A DNA stretch of 14,585 bases from a virus. Shown piece after piece: positions 14,536 to 14,585 of this stretch. The notes below the pieces were generated by a model. That model saw only the letters and a program-made list of their open reading frames with translations, was not told the DNA's origin and did not search any database. Location: the UHGV virus genome UHGV-0166592. One strand, written 5' to 3'. Position numbers and translations under genes: made by a program. The stretch's first letter is position 1. Each line of letters begins with the position of its first letter.

Positions 14536-14585
14536 GTTGAGTGAAATTACTGTTTTTTTTTAACAATACTTACCGCGTTCTCGCG

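Larger units (their letters stand above)
1264..14585. mobile_element. Lambdoid prophage, left end through Q and the pR'/tR' region; continues beyond the window
   Basis: The integrase gene ends 15 nt after the tRNA 3' end. Gene order is int, xis, early-left genes, cI, cro, cII-like, replication, nin-region-like genes (rusA, KilA-N, DUF968), Q. attL should overlap the tRNA 3' end but cannot be delimited without attR. Confidence 0.85.

Noticed and set aside
14536-14585. Run of nine T at 14553..14561 as a terminator after the 176-aa gene
   Set aside because: The preceding sequence forms at most a 3-bp stem, and the window ends before context can be judged.

Overview
This window is the junction between an Escherichia-like chromosome and the left half of a lambdoid prophage integrated at the tRNA-Arg(UCU) gene. 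The core part runs folD (minus strand), an intergenic region with the tRNA promoter, then the tRNA at 1187..1263. The prophage begins immediately after the tRNA. Its leftward operon (minus strand) carries integrase, excisionase and a five-gene block that I recognise as YfdT/YfdS/YfdR/YfdQ/YfdP-like. A CI-type repressor (HTH plus S24 peptidase) sits between operator-like CTAAG/CTTAG palindromes, followed rightward by cro, a CII/YdaT-like gene, a replication initiator with internal iterons, a PerC-like regulator, a Dam-type methyltransferase, a LexA-like wHTH protein, RusA, a KilA-N protein, a DUF968-like protein and antiterminator Q, then a candidate pR'/tR' region. The most interesting unexplained content is two AT-rich cargo genes with no recognisable family: a 144-aa gene in reverse orientation inside the left operon (5713..6147), and a 176-aa gene immediately downstream of Q/tR' (14005..14535). 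There is also an exact rrn-type boxA 12-mer next to a hairpin downstream of a candidate pL, and a terminator plus long stem-loop in the leader of the yfdP-like gene. All family assignments are from reading the translations and from memory of these families; no database search was run.
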